64,000 bases of DNA, from NCBI GenBank assembly GCA_963695875.1, contig CAVOID010000005.1, positions 96,001 through 160,000 of the forward strand, read 5' to 3'. Shown here piece after piece: positions 11,414 to 23,482 of this stretch. Below the pieces are notes generated by a model, which was given only the letters and a program-made list of their open reading frames with translations, made no database searches and was not told the DNA's origin. Numbering within the stretch: the stretch's first letter is position 1; the number at the start of each line of letters is the position of its first letter. The position numbers and the translations under genes were made by a program. This stretch comes from an uncultured delta proteobacterium (GTDB lineage Bacteria > Desulfobacterota > Syntrophia > Syntrophales > UBA2185).

Positions 11414-12469
11414 ATGAAAAAGTTAAGAGTGGGAATCATATTGGGCGGCATGTCTTCGGAAAGGGAGGTTTCCCTCAACAGCGGCAGGAATGTCTTCGAC
11501 AACCTTGATACTGAATTTTATGAAGGAACGCCCATATTCATGGATGGCCAGGGAAGATTGTGGATCATCACGTGGCAGCTCATTTCTCAAAATACCACCG
11601 TTGACATATCGGAACGTTTAGAAAGGGAAGCGCGCAGGATTGCATACGAGGATCTGAAGACGGAAATTGATTTCGCCTTCATTTCTCTTCACGGAAAATA
11701 CGGAGATGATGGATGCATCCAGGGTTTTCTCGAGCTGCTGGGAATACCGTATACAGGCCCGGGAATACTGGCATCGGCCTTAGGCATGGACAAACACATG
11801 CAGCAGAAAATCCTGCGAGCGGCGGGGCTTAGTGTTCCCGACGGTGAAATCATTCATGAAGGGGAGTGGCGGGATAGAAAAGAAGAAGTTAAGAAAAAAC
11901 TGTTTAGTCATTTTAAATTCCCCTTCTTTACAAAGCCGATCAGGGAAGGCTCCAGTGTGGGCGTTACCGCCGTCAAAGATGAAGCTTCTCTCGATACGGG
12001 TGTGGAAGAGGCCCTGAAATGGGACACGGCCGTCCTGGCCGAGGAATATATCGACGGGATAGAATTCTCGTGCATCGTCCTAGAGGAGGATGGCGAGGCC
12101 AGGCCTCTTGCCCTCACGGAGATTTATCCGCAAAGCGAATATTATACCTACGATGATAAATACATGCCGGGGAGGTGCAGAAAGTTTACACCGCCGAAGA
12201 ATATTCCCCCTGATGTGGTGGAAAAAATAAAAACGGAGGTGATTAAGGCATACAATGCGTTAGGGTTTAGATCCTATGGACGCATCGACGGATTTCTCGC
12301 GAAAGATGGCCGGATCCTTATCACAGACCCCAATTCATCATCCGGCATGGCCCCTTCTTCCTTCTTCTTCGAGCAGGCAGCCTCCGCGGGAATGCTTCCT
12401 ACAATGATCATTTCCACGCTGATACAGAATGCAATCAAGATCCACCAGGAAAAAAAGGGGCCGCTATAG
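11414..12469 (+). CDS. ddl: D-alanine--D-alanine ligase family protein (paralogue 1)
   Basis: GGMSSEREVS, LHGKYGDDG, EGSSVG, YDDKY, GRIDGF; atypical DPNSSSGM in place of ExNTxPG. Confidence 0.85.
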   Translation: MKKLRVGIILGGMSSEREVSLNSGRNVFDNLDTEFYEGTPIFMDGQGRLWIITWQLISQNTTVDISERLEREARRIAYEDLKTEIDFAFISLHGKYGDDGCIQGFLELLGIPYTGPGILASALGMDKHMQQKILRAAGLSVPDGEIIHEGEWRDRKEEVKKKLFSHFKFPFFTKPIREGSSVGVTAVKDEASLDTGVEEALKWDTAVLAEEYIDGIEFSCIVLEEDGEARPLALTEIYPQSEYYTYDDKYMPGRCRKFTPPKNIPPDVVEKIKTEVIKAYNALGFRSYGRIDGFLAKDGRILITDPNSSSGMAPSSFFFEQAASAGMLPTMIISTLIQNAIKIHQEKKGPL

Positions 12470-12583
12470 TCCAACGTGATCAGATAGAAACAGAGGTTGG
12501 AAAGTCACGGTAAAATGGACTTTACATAAGAATAGAATATCACTATAGTCCGGAAATTATCACTCGTAAGGAGCACGTAAGCC

Positions 12584-13652
12584 TTGGAAGAAAAAGGTGC
12601 GAAAAAACTCAGAGTCGGGGTCATCATGGGGGGGATGTCTTCGGAAAAGGAGGTCTCTCTTGAGAGCGGCAGGAATATATTCAACAAGATTGCCCGTGCC
12701 AAGTATGACCCCATTGCGATATTCATGGACAGCAAGGCAGCCTTCTGGGAGATACCGATAAAACTGTTGATGCGTAACAGCACAAAAGACATCGAAGAAG
12801 ATCTGTCGGAAGAAGCAACCCATATCCCATACGAGGCGTTAAAGTCACGGGTGGATTTCATTTATATAGGCCTTCACGGCAAGTACGGAGAAGATGGAAC
12901 CTTGCAGGGCCTGCTGGAGCTTCTGAATATCCCCTATACGGGATCGGGTGTCCTCGGCTCTGCCATAGGGATGGACAAACTTACATGCAGGAAGATTCTC
13001 TCCATAAGCGGCATTGATGTGCCAAAGACAATAGCGGTTCACAAACAGCAATGGGTGCCTGAAAGCAGTAAAGACGATTCTGGATAACATCGAAAAGGAG
13101 ATCGGGTTCCCCTGTGTTATAAAGCCGACACGGGAAGGGTGCAGTACTGCCGTTAAAAAAGTGGTATCGAGGGACGGAATACCGGCTGCCATCGAAGACG
13201 CATTGCAATGGGATAATACGGCACTGGTCGAGGAATTCATTGACGGGATAGAGGTGACCTGTGGTGTCATCGAGAATGATCACGCCATGGCGCTGACTCC
13301 CTCTGAAACCATTCCCACCGATGATGTCCTTTCCCTGGAAGACAAGTTTCTCTATGGTCAGGGCGAAAACAAAACCCCTGCCAGAGTGCCGGATGATATA
13401 TTGAAGAAAATACAGGATGTTGCCGTACAGACATTCTGCACCCTTGATCTTAAAGGCTATTCGAGAATCGACATGTTTGTCAGAAAAGATGGGCGCGTTG
13501 CTGTCCTCGAACCGAATACCCTCCCCGGAATGACCCCCTCGACTGTTCTTTTCCACCAGGCGGCCGCCTCCGGGATCACCCAATCGGAATTTATAGACCG
13601 GATCATCAGCTCAGCCCTGAAGGCGCATGCAAAAAAAAGAGGTCCCTTGTAA
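12584..13652 (+). CDS. ddl: D-alanine--D-alanine ligase family protein (paralogue 2), one frameshift near 13060-13085
   Basis: GGMSSEKEVS, LHGKYGEDG, KPTREGCS, LEDKF, RIDMF, EPNTLPGMT; two ORF halves in different frames. Confidence 0.8.
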
Positions 13653-14186
13653 TTGAACTGAATGAATTCTGACCTTGCACGCCGGCAACCCGGGTTCGAA
13701 TCCCCATTCCTTCTCCATTACTGGCTCAATCTCATGGCTACCTGTTGTCCGGCCCCCTTGTTACTCAATCGAAGCCCGATCTCCGCTTTCTTACTTCCCG
13801 AAGTCTTATTATTCTAAGTCAACCCATCCGTACAACATTTCCTTTGAAAATAAACAAAAGTCACACCATCAGTTTTATACACAATTATTGACATAGGAAT
13901 TTCATCGGTATACTGTCAGAAACATCGTTCTATCCTTTGACCTTTATTGAGTAAGGTATTTAGACTGCTGAAATCAGATTCTGCCTGATGGATGCAAATA
14001 AGCAATAGATTCTATATATATGTTGTTGCTCTTTCTGAATTTGAACAAAGTGGGGAGATGAACACATGATAAGAGTAATGATAGAAGGAATTGTTAAATT
14101 TAATGTGTTGCCTGCTCGGATAGGCCCGTAAAAAAAAGAATGAAACGTCTCAAATGTAAATTATACAAAAAGAAGGGAGAAGGTAA

Positions 14187-14648
14187 ATGAAAACTCGAAA
14201 ATCAAGAAAGGCTTTTCTGATGTTCATCACGGCTGCCTTTTTCGCAATTGGGTCAGTTTCCTTAGGTGCACAAACGTCGGGGCCTGGGACAACGATAAAA
14301 GATGTCAAAGAGAAGACGGAGGGAGCTGTTCAGGCAATCAAAGACTATTCCGTCAATCAGCGAGATGAAGCTGTTAAGAAGGCAAAGGCTGCCATGGATG
14401 AACTGGATGTCCGCATCAACAGCATGGAATCCCAGCTTGATAAAAAATGGGCACAGATGGATCAATCCGCTCGCAAGAAAGTGAGGGAAACTTTGACAGT
14501 GCTCAGGAAGCAGCGCAACGAGGCCGCCGAATGGTATGGCGGCTTGAAGCATAGCTCCAGCAAGGCATGGGAAGATGTGAAAAAGGGCTTTTTGAAGAGC
14601 TACCAAGAACTTCGAGACTCATTAGATAAAGCGCACAGTGAATTCTAG
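14187..14648 (+). CDS. Secreted helical hypothetical protein
   Basis: Signal peptide, coiled coil, AWEDVKKGF motif. Confidence 0.75.
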   Translation: MKTRKSRKAFLMFITAAFFAIGSVSLGAQTSGPGTTIKDVKEKTEGAVQAIKDYSVNQRDEAVKKAKAAMDELDVRINSMESQLDKKWAQMDQSARKKVRETLTVLRKQRNEAAEWYGGLKHSSSKAWEDVKKGFLKSYQELRDSLDKAHSEF

Positions 14649-14855
14649 CGAATCTGGAAGTCGCATCTGGGAAACATTGGCAACTATGTTGGTGAGCGAA
14701 GGGAACTACGGGTCAGATGAAAGGGTCAAGGATCCATTCAAGTCCATGATTCAAATAATCATCTTATATACCGCCAAGAGAAACTCCTCGATACGCCAGT
14801 AAGAACTGCATTCAAGCAGTGTTTTTATTCAAGACAGAAATTTCAGAATGTGACT

Positions 14856-15527
14856 ATGAAGAATTTAAGCAGTTTTCTTGTATTCATATTCTTGACTATT
14901 CCCTCTCCCGTCTGGGCTGGGGAACTTTCAGAGTTTTCCATAAACAGTTTCTTGTCCATGCCCGTAAACATTTCACATTCGAGCGATTCAACGATCTGGA
15001 TGAAAAGCGTCGGTGAGGGATTTCTTTCCGGAACACAGACTCTGGGCGTCAACGCCGGGGCCGCCTATGGGGTGATGATATTCGGTGGTGGAGAACGGCA
15101 TCATCTTGCGCTGCTCTCAGTCTCTCGTGGCCGGATGATTGGTGATGTAAAAGGGGCTGACAGCTGGTATCGTGGTAACTGGGAGTTGCGAGGAGAGATA
15201 CTCGGCGGACTGCAGTTTAATTCGGAAACCTGCTGGCTCATCGGAGTAACGCCGCATGTGCGATACCATTTTGCCACCGGCGCACCCTGGGTTCCTTATG
15301 CCGATGTCGGTGCGGGAATTACCTTAACCGACATTCGTGCACCCGACTTGGGCGGCTCCTTCCAGTTCAATCTGCAAGCGATCGTCGGTGTGAATTATTT
15401 CGTAAGGGACGCCTTGGCAATCAACTTAGAAGGACGCTATATTCATCTCTCCTCCTTGGGCATTTACAGTCCCAATTATGGTGTGAACACGATAGGAATT
15501 TTCCTGGGAGTCACCGAGTTCTTCTAA
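14856..15527 (+). CDS. PagL-like lipid A 3-O-deacylase / acyloxyacyl hydrolase outer-membrane barrel
   Basis: Signal peptide, FQFNLQ, HLSS...PNYGVN catalytic motif, terminal Phe. Confidence 0.8.
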   Translation: MKNLSSFLVFIFLTIPSPVWAGELSEFSINSFLSMPVNISHSSDSTIWMKSVGEGFLSGTQTLGVNAGAAYGVMIFGGGERHHLALLSVSRGRMIGDVKGADSWYRGNWELRGEILGGLQFNSETCWLIGVTPHVRYHFATGAPWVPYADVGAGITLTDIRAPDLGGSFQFNLQAIVGVNYFVRDALAINLEGRYIHLSSLGIYSPNYGVNTIGIFLGVTEFF

Positions 15528-15560
15528 CCCTCAAAACACATTTTGAAGATCATCCTCGTC

Positions 15561-16466
15561 ATGTTGAACTTTTTACCGAAAATATTGCTGGGGATTATGT
15601 CATTCCTGCTGCTCTCGCTGAATATCATTTTCTGGTGCACCATCGTGTTTATCTTCGCCCTGCTGAAACTGGCCCTGCCCATCAAGCCGATGCGGGTTAT
15701 CCTCGACCATATCCTGCACGGCATTGGCGCAAACTGGATATCCTGTAACAGCGGATGGATGCGCTTGACCCAGAAAACCAGGTGGGATGTGCAAGGCGTC
15801 GACGGTCTGACCTACAGGGGTTGGTATCTCGTCAACAGCAATCACCAGAGCTGGGTCGATATTTTTGTCCTCCAGCACCTGCTCAACCGAAAAATCCCCT
15901 TTCTGAAATTTCTGATCAAACAGGAACTGATTTATGTTCCCGTAATAGGTCTTGCCTGGTGGGCCCTGGAATTTCCCTTTATGCGCCGGCACAGCGCGGA
16001 GTATTTGGCAAAACATCCGGAGATGCGCGGCAAGGATCTGGAAACCATGCGCAAGGCCTGTGCAAAATTCTCACGCATTCCCACCAGCATCATGAACTTT
16101 CCCGAGGGGACCCGCTTTACAAAGGCCAAACACGACAAGCAGGGCTCGCCTTATCAATTCCTGCTGAAACCAAAAGCGGGTGGCCTCGCCCTGTCCTTGA
16201 GCACCATGGGCGAAAAATTCCAGTCCCTTCTGGACGTCACCATTGTCTATCCCGATGGGGCTCCTGGATTCTGGGATTTCCTTTGCGGGCGGGTGAATCG
16301 GATTATGGTCCGCATGCAGCAACTACCGATTCCCAAGCAGTTTATCGACAGCGACTATGAAAATAATCCGGAGTGCCGGGACTCTTTCCAGCAGTGGCTT
16401 TCCGAACTATGGAAGGAAAAGGACGGCCAGATCGGACAACTATACGTCGAGGCCACAATATCATAG
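15561..16466 (+). CDS. YihG-like lysophospholipid acyltransferase
   Basis: NHQSWVD, FPEGTRFT, LLKPKAGG, DVTIVY motifs. Confidence 0.88.
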   Translation: MLNFLPKILLGIMSFLLLSLNIIFWCTIVFIFALLKLALPIKPMRVILDHILHGIGANWISCNSGWMRLTQKTRWDVQGVDGLTYRGWYLVNSNHQSWVDIFVLQHLLNRKIPFLKFLIKQELIYVPVIGLAWWALEFPFMRRHSAEYLAKHPEMRGKDLETMRKACAKFSRIPTSIMNFPEGTRFTKAKHDKQGSPYQFLLKPKAGGLALSLSTMGEKFQSLLDVTIVYPDGAPGFWDFLCGRVNRIMVRMQQLPIPKQFIDSDYENNPECRDSFQQWLSELWKEKDGQIGQLYVEATIS

Positions 16467-16748
16467 ATGGTCGTGCATCTGGTCGGGTTTAATCGGTGTT
16501 AAGCCGTTTAGATGGGTTTAAAAACGCAGTAAAATTGCAGAATAAGTCTTTTCCTTCGAACTCGCCGGTCAGGAAATATGGTGCTGAATAACATCGGTAA
16601 CTATTTAATATCATTATAAATATCTTAGACAATCAGCACCTATTTCTGAGTCATGAACCCTGCCTCACAAAAACATTGACAGAACCTAGAAGATGAATAT
16701 ATTAAGTATGGATTTTGAGGGTTACTTTACTAAGCAGATGGTGTAACC

Positions 16749-17273
16749 ATGCACTTCAATTCAATGCAGAGATCTCTCGCGAATAACATGTTTCAGCATG
16801 CCGAGAGCCTGGCAGGGCAGTACTTTCGTATGAGCAGTGAAAAGCTAAAGAAGTACCGCTATGATGTTAAGACCTTGGCCTATCTCGATGAACATGAAGT
16901 AAAGGATGGGGCATTTGCCCACTTATGCAGGTACCACTACAAAAAAGATGAGAACGCAAGCCCTCCGGATGACTTTTATTTTTACAGAATATGTCTTCAG
17001 GATAACCGGATTTTAGATGCTGTTGAAAGGGGCCAGTCTTTCATTAAACTTAACCCCTTGCTTTTATACATCGCCGCGCATGAGCTTGTGCACATCATAC
17101 GGTTCGAAGCCAGGGAGATTGATTTCGACGCATCGCGGGAAGATAAAGAACGGGAAGAAGATAAGGTGCATGCCATCACGAAAGATGTGCTTCAGTCCTG
17201 CATTTCTCCTGATATTAGACTGATTTTTGATTGCTTCAGCAATCGCTACAAAATTGGAGACCTTTTTAACTGA
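16749..17273 (+). CDS. Hypothetical protein with HExxH metallopeptidase-like motif
   Basis: YIAAHELVHIIRF; TTGACA/TATATT promoter-like pair upstream (16676-16705). Confidence 0.7.
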   Translation: MHFNSMQRSLANNMFQHAESLAGQYFRMSSEKLKKYRYDVKTLAYLDEHEVKDGAFAHLCRYHYKKDENASPPDDFYFYRICLQDNRILDAVERGQSFIKLNPLLLYIAAHELVHIIRFEAREIDFDASREDKEREEDKVHAITKDVLQSCISPDIRLIFDCFSNRYKIGDLFN

Positions 17274-17300
17274 GAGAATATTTATTGGTGGAGGATTTAC

Positions 17301-17582
17301 ATGCCTATTTATGAATATAAATGCCGGAAGTGCGGGAAGCAGTATGAGCTGTTCCAGAAGATGACCGATCCGGCCGTCAAGAGTTGCAGATTCTGCAAAG
17401 GCCCCGTTAATAAGTTGATATCTGCCACATCCTTCCATCTGAAGGGTTCAGGATGGTACGCAACAGACTACGGCGGAAAGAAGGCGCCGGCAAGCGAGGC
17501 GAAAAAAGATGACGCGGTAAAATCAGAGACAACAGAAACCGTAAAAACGGAATCAACTCCGAAGGCAAGCACAGAAGATTGA
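17301..17582 (+). CDS. FmdB family zinc-ribbon protein
   Basis: MPIYEYKCRKC...CRFC...FHLKGSGWYATDY. Confidence 0.9.
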   Translation: MPIYEYKCRKCGKQYELFQKMTDPAVKSCRFCKGPVNKLISATSFHLKGSGWYATDYGGKKAPASEAKKDDAVKSETTETVKTESTPKASTED

Positions 17583-17647
17583 AAACCTTAAAACCTTCCG
17601 ATCAGGGCGGCTATCTTTAAGAGGTATGCCGCCTTTTTTATTTATAT
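17453..17647 (+). repeat. Direct repeat copy 1: FmdB 3' end plus terminator
   Basis: Near-identical to 22146-22340 and 23173-23356. Confidence 0.9.
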
Positions 17648-18294
17648 TACCCACAAGTCTTCACTCTTGAGGACAAGGAAAGATTGAAGCGTACTACTTA
17701 TAATCTTCAATATAATTGTTTAATAACCGAAAGAGAAGATTCCTGTATGTGCCATTTGTCCTTTAATATTATTCTTGTATTAATATTTTTTCACAAATAA
17801 TTTGGCAATCAAGTTATTAAAGCTTCAACAAATATATACCGATAATAATAATAAAAGAGTGAAAGTCACCAAGCTTTCTTAACTCCCTCCTTAAAGGCAG
17901 GATTATTTTAGTCCTGCCTTTTTTAGTTCAGTGAATAGGACGGTATTAAATTGGAATGGTGTGTGGGCATACTGAATTGGAAAAACAAGATTATAGGAAG
18001 AACGAGACTCATCTCTGTGTTGCCTGTTATATCAAGATCAATTTGAGACAAAGAATGTAATCAGTCTCCAAAATAAGAAAAGGTGGGAAACCGGCTCCAC
18101 CCTTTCTCGTTCAACAGTTTATAGTTTACTATTTGAAGATTATAATCGACACCCAGCCTCACAGTCGCTGTGGACTGAGCCATAGAAATTCCCGTCTACT
18201 CGCGAGAGTCATCCTTCCATTCACTCCGGCCTGCTCCATGACTACCTCTCAAATATGCTTACCAGCCTCTCTCCCATTGTACCGTCCATGGTCT

Positions 18295-18675
18295 TTATGA
18301 TGATACGACCGCATCTTCAAATGCATCCAACATTTTAGGTAAAATCACATTCAACAGAAGTCCCAGCTTCGCCTTCTTCGTATCAATCGCAACTCCCCAT
18401 TGATAGTCCCCAAGCGGAATGAATAGAATACCCTTGTTCCCAGCCAAATCCAGATAATAATACCGCCCCAGTTGAGGATAACCTTGCCCTTGTGAAAGAG
18501 ATTTCTGAAGATTTTGTGTCATCTGGGCGAATAGGGCAGCTGTCTTGACTGAAGACTTTTCAGTTGCAATGATCGTCTGTGCATCCTCCATCGAAACAAT
18601 ACTTGATGCAAGAAAACCATCCCCTACGTCCTTCTCCACCAATTCCATACAGTAATTAAGTTTCTGAATATTCAT
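18295..18675 (-). CDS. Hypothetical protein, possibly roadblock/LAMTOR-like
   Basis: 126 aa, AGGAGG RBS, AALFAQM and C-terminal KAKLGLL pattern. Confidence 0.6.
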   Translation of the reverse strand: MNIQKLNYCMELVEKDVGDGFLASSIVSMEDAQTIIATEKSSVKTAALFAQMTQNLQKSLSQGQGYPQLGRYYYLDLAGNKGILFIPLGDYQWGVAIDTKKAKLGLLLNVILPKMLDAFEDAVVSS

Positions 18676-19482
18676 TGCTCCTCCTTTCTGCGCATGTTGT
18701 TAAACTATCGAAGATCTCCCAAGGCCATTACCTTTGATCTCTCCGCCTCCCATCCATCCCTCTTACTCTTTTCGTTATACATATCGACATTTTACACGAA
18801 AAACTTTATACCTTTTAATCTTTATGTCTTAACATCCAGAAAGCGTGGATTCTCCGGAATTTCCGCTATGGAGGGATGACATACCGGTTCCGCTCAAGGG
18901 CGGTAGGGAGTCTAACCGAAAGATGGCAACAGACAATTTAAAAAAATGTGAAAAAAAGTGTTTTAAAATACAATATGTGGTATACTAAAAAATAAGCAAC
19001 ACAATATTCAGTATTCTCCGCAGTCTCAAAATTATTTAATTTGACTATCTTAATTAGTGAATGGGGAATGAAATATGATACTTAATAACAAACAAATGGA
19101 CGTAGCTTATCGAAAGGGCGATATACTTATTAATCCGTATATGCGCTCACTTAGTGGGAACATAGGGGCGCTTTCAGAAGAAGGCAGGCAATTACGATGG
19201 ATCATACCACTCGTCGTTATGTTTGTGATAGCTGTTATTGGCATTATAGTGAAAATATAGTAACGGGTTTTGATTATTCATCTTCTGGTTCATCAAGACC
19301 ATGCGGTAGGTTAAGCCATTCCGGAAAAATGGTTATCAAATTTATTGACTTCAGGAAACAGCTATTCTTCTGTTAACCGCAGCAATAGTCTTTTGATGCA
19401 TCGAATGTTTCTGTTGAAAGTGAGAACAATCACAAAAATTACGGTCTAATACAGTTATAAAGCTTAAAACTAAAGGTATTCT

Positions 19483-20532
<1,050 letters not shown>

Positions 20533-20862
20533 TTACTTTTATTAACTGCCATTCATAGTGTACATCACCTTACCATGAAGAAGAAATTAGATCACATTAA
20601 ATTTTCAAAACAAAAGTCAGGGTTAGGGTTGGGACTGAACAATTCAGATTGGAATTAAGTACGGTGTCCCCGGAATTAACGGAATTAAAGGCAAGCGTTC
20701 GCAGGGAAAATTGTCTTTATAAGTCTAACCCGCAGTCTAAAAGATCTTCAGCCATTTCAACTCACATTCAAGTTCACAATCCTGGAGACAAAAACAGACA
20801 TTCATCTCTATTCTGTAAGGTCATTAATCATAAAGTCGAATTAAGATTATGTATATAGCCCC

Positions 20863-21054
20863 TTATGCTATGCTGTCAACGATCTCCTCCGCCAGTCCCG
20901 GTTCAGCTATATCTGCGCCCGCGTTCGGAGTGCGCATTTTTATATTAGCTTTCTGCTGTTTAGCCATTATGCGCTTTGAAGCCTTATCTATTTGTTTCTG
21001 CTGCCTTGCTTTTTCTTTCCCCTGTTTGCCAAAGTCGTACATGGACTTTCCCAT
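20863..21054 (-). CDS. Small basic hypothetical protein downstream of csp
   Basis: AGGAG RBS then MGKSMYDFGKQGKEKARQQKQ. Confidence 0.55.
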   Translation of the reverse strand: MGKSMYDFGKQGKEKARQQKQIDKASKRIMAKQQKANIKMRTPNAGADIAEPGLAEEIVDSIA

Positions 21055-21172
21055 TTTTAAGCTCCTATTTTTTATCTTTCTTTCAAATGTTACAGAATAT
21101 GCTGACAAAATAGTGAGGCGCTCCACAATACAATATCGTGATGGAGCGCCTCTCTCTTTACCCAGGGTTTAA

Positions 21173-21373
21173 TTAACGGACTTTCACGTTTTCTGCTGCA
21201 GGACCTTTATTGCCCTGAACAACATCGAAGCTTACAGACTGGCCCTCAGTTAAAGTCCTGAAACCAGTTGCTTGAATGGCACTGTGATGGACAAAAACAT
21301 CCCCACCGTCATTCTTCTCGATAAATCCAAAACCTTTACTCTCGTTAAACCATTTTACTTTACCTTCTGACAT
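21173..21373 (-). CDS. Cold-shock protein
   Basis: [15 protein letters not shown] (RNP1), DVFVHHS (RNP2), GPAAENV. Confidence 0.95.
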   Translation of the reverse strand: MSEGKVKWFNESKGFGFIEKNDGGDVFVHHSAIQATGFRTLTEGQSVSFDVVQGNKGPAAENVKVR

Positions 21374-21597
21374 AATTAGTCTCCTCCTTTCTTAGAATTT
21401 ACCAAAAGTCGAATTACCAATATGACAGAAATAAAAAAGCCACCAAACTCTAAAGAGCATGGTGGCCGCCTTTGCACTTCAAATTGTTATAACTCAACTT
21501 TAACTGTACCGCGCTGACTTAAGACCATAGCGAGGTACAGGATATGTATATATGATACTTTACTGTTTACGCAAAGTCAAGGCATATTTCATACTTC

Positions 21598-22100
21598 TTA
21601 AACCCACCCGCATCCACTATAAAAAACGCGGCAGATCTACAACAAAACCGGGAACTCTCTTAAGGAAACAAATACCTATACAAACAAACCAATGGGATGA
21701 ATCAAAACCGGGATTCCTTGAAGCCGATACCGTAGCCCATTGTGGAGAGTCATTGCTGGGAATGTACGCATATACCATAGACTGCGTGGACATTGCCACG
21801 GGATGGACGGAACAAAGAGCTGTGTGGGGTAAAGGAGAAACAGGCGTCCTCAAACAAATCAAAAACATAGAAAAAATGCTCCCCTTTCCACTCCTTGGCT
21901 TCGATTGCGATAACGGATCAGAGTTCTTAAATTATCACCTCGTGAGACATTTTACCCGACGAAAACACCCCGTAAAATTTACCCGCAGCAGACCGTACCA
22001 CAAAGATGATAACGCACATGTAGAACAGAAAAACTGGACGCACGTACGCCAATGGCTCGGTTACCAGAGATTAGATAATCCCAGGGTCATCGCCTGTATT
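21598..22100 (+). mobile_element. Truncated integrase-core (DDE) transposase fragment
   Basis: PGFLEADTVAHCG, DCDNGSEF, RSRPYHKDDNAHVEQKN; both ends of the transposase are missing. Confidence 0.85.
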
Positions 22101-22145
22101 TCAATAATTTATTCACACGCCGATAAAGCGGTCATCTGGTCGTAA

Positions 22146-22340
22146 ATGATACGCAACCGATTACGGCGGAAAGAAGGCGCCGACGAGCGAAGCGAAAAAA
22201 GATGACGCGGTAAAATCAGAAACGACAGAAACCGTAAAGACGGAATCAACTCCGAAGGCAAGCACAGAAGATTAAAAACCTTAAAACCTTCCGATAAGGG
22301 CGGCTATCTTTAACAGGTATGCCGCCTTTTTTATTTATAT
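22146..22340 (+). repeat. Direct repeat copy 2: FmdB 3' end plus terminator
   Basis: Encodes YATDYGGKKAPTSEAKKDDAVKSETTETVKTESTPKASTED* with no 5' part of the gene. Confidence 0.9.
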
Positions 22341-22341
22341 C

Positions 22342-22388
22342 TTGACAAATATCTTTATGACCATTAAGATGACCATAACAAATGACTA
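22342..22388 (+). promoter_or_regulatory. Sigma70 promoter of the toxin-antitoxin operon with ATGAC(C/T)A repeats
   Basis: TTGACA-17 bp-TAAGAT; ATGACCA at 22357 and 22369, ATGACTA at 22382. Confidence 0.6.
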
Positions 22389-22401
22389 ATATGGAGGACA
22401 T

Positions 22402-22668
22402 ATGGGTGGTACAACTATAAGCATAGCTGAAGGAAAGAAGAGGTTCAGCCGTATTATCCAGGATTCTATCGAAAAAAGAGAGGATATCATTATCACAAAA
22501 CGAGGCAAGGCTGTTGCAGTTATCGTTCCCTACGACGAATACCGCCACACCTTGCGACTGGAAGGCTACGGAAAAATCATGGAAACAAGGAAAGCTTTTC
22601 AGAAAAAAGGTATTCAGGCAAATGATGTCTATAAGGAATCGAGAAATGAACTGGAGAAAAGACCATGA
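22402..22668 (+). CDS. Phd/YefM family antitoxin
   Basis: ISIAEGKKRFSRII...IIITKRGKAVAVIVP. Confidence 0.9.
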   Translation: MGGTTISIAEGKKRFSRIIQDSIEKREDIIITKRGKAVAVIVPYDEYRHTLRLEGYGKIMETRKAFQKKGIQANDVYKESRNELEKRP

Positions 22669-23093
22669 AAAGAGCAGTTATCGATGCGAGCATAATTCTT
22701 AAATGGTATCTATCAGACGAGAAATATGGTTCACAAGCACTCGGTTTGCTCGATCAATACATGTCCCGTAATCTGGATATCACGGGTCCTAAATTATTGG
22801 AATATGAACTAATTAACGGGCTTGCTATCGCCCGGCGACGTGGCCGATTAGAAGAGGAAACCGTAGCTGACGCCATGGATGGCTTCCTGAAACTCGGGAT
22901 AGAACTTGCTGACTTGTCGGAACTCTATCGGAGGATTCTTTACTACTGCTATACCTTCAAACGGTCCGCTTATGATGCCAGCTATCTTGCCCTGGCTGAA
23001 AAGGAAGGAATTGATCTAATTACCGCCGATGAAAGATTATATAACAGCGTAAAGAATGACCTAAACTGGGTTGTGTGGCTTGGCGATGTTTGA
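22665..23093 (+). CDS. VapC family PIN-domain toxin
   Basis: VIDAS, YE, YDASYLALA, LITAD; ATGA overlap with the antitoxin. Confidence 0.9.
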   Translation: MKRAVIDASIILKWYLSDEKYGSQALGLLDQYMSRNLDITGPKLLEYELINGLAIARRRGRLEEETVADAMDGFLKLGIELADLSELYRRILYYCYTFKRSAYDASYLALAEKEGIDLITADERLYNSVKNDLNWVVWLGDV

Positions 23094-23172
23094 CCTAATT
23101 TCCGGAAAGCAATTCCAGAAACATAAGGCCAATTAGTTAATTCCCAGAATTCCTTAAGAATTAAGGGGGACT

Positions 23173-23356
23173 GCAACCGACTACAGCGGGAAGAAAGCAC
23201 CGATAAGCGAAGCGAAAAAGATGATGCGGTAAAATCAGAAACAACAGAAACCGTAAAGACGGAATCAACTCCGAAGGCAAGCACAGAAGATTAAAAACCT
23301 TAAAACCTTCCGATAAGGGGCGGCTACCTTTAACAGGTATGCCGCCTTTTTTATTT
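23173..23356 (+). repeat. Direct repeat copy 3: FmdB 3' end plus terminator
   Basis: More diverged copy with a 1-bp deletion in the A-run. Confidence 0.88.
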
Positions 23357-23417
23357 GTTTATATCACAACTTTTCAGTGGTGGGCACTTGTCAGAATTGA
23401 GGATTACGGATGGAACG

Positions 23418-23481
23418 AGAGTAACGCAAACGCGCACCGGGAGCCCATAGTATGGGCGATACGGTGGAGCGGGTTGTTCGC
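23418..23481 (-). mobile_element. attC-like integron recombination site
   Basis: Minus strand CGCGAAC-aacccgctccaccg...gcccatactatgggc...cggtgcgcgtttgc-GTTACTC immediately after the ORF stop. Confidence 0.7.
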
Positions 23482-23482
23482 G

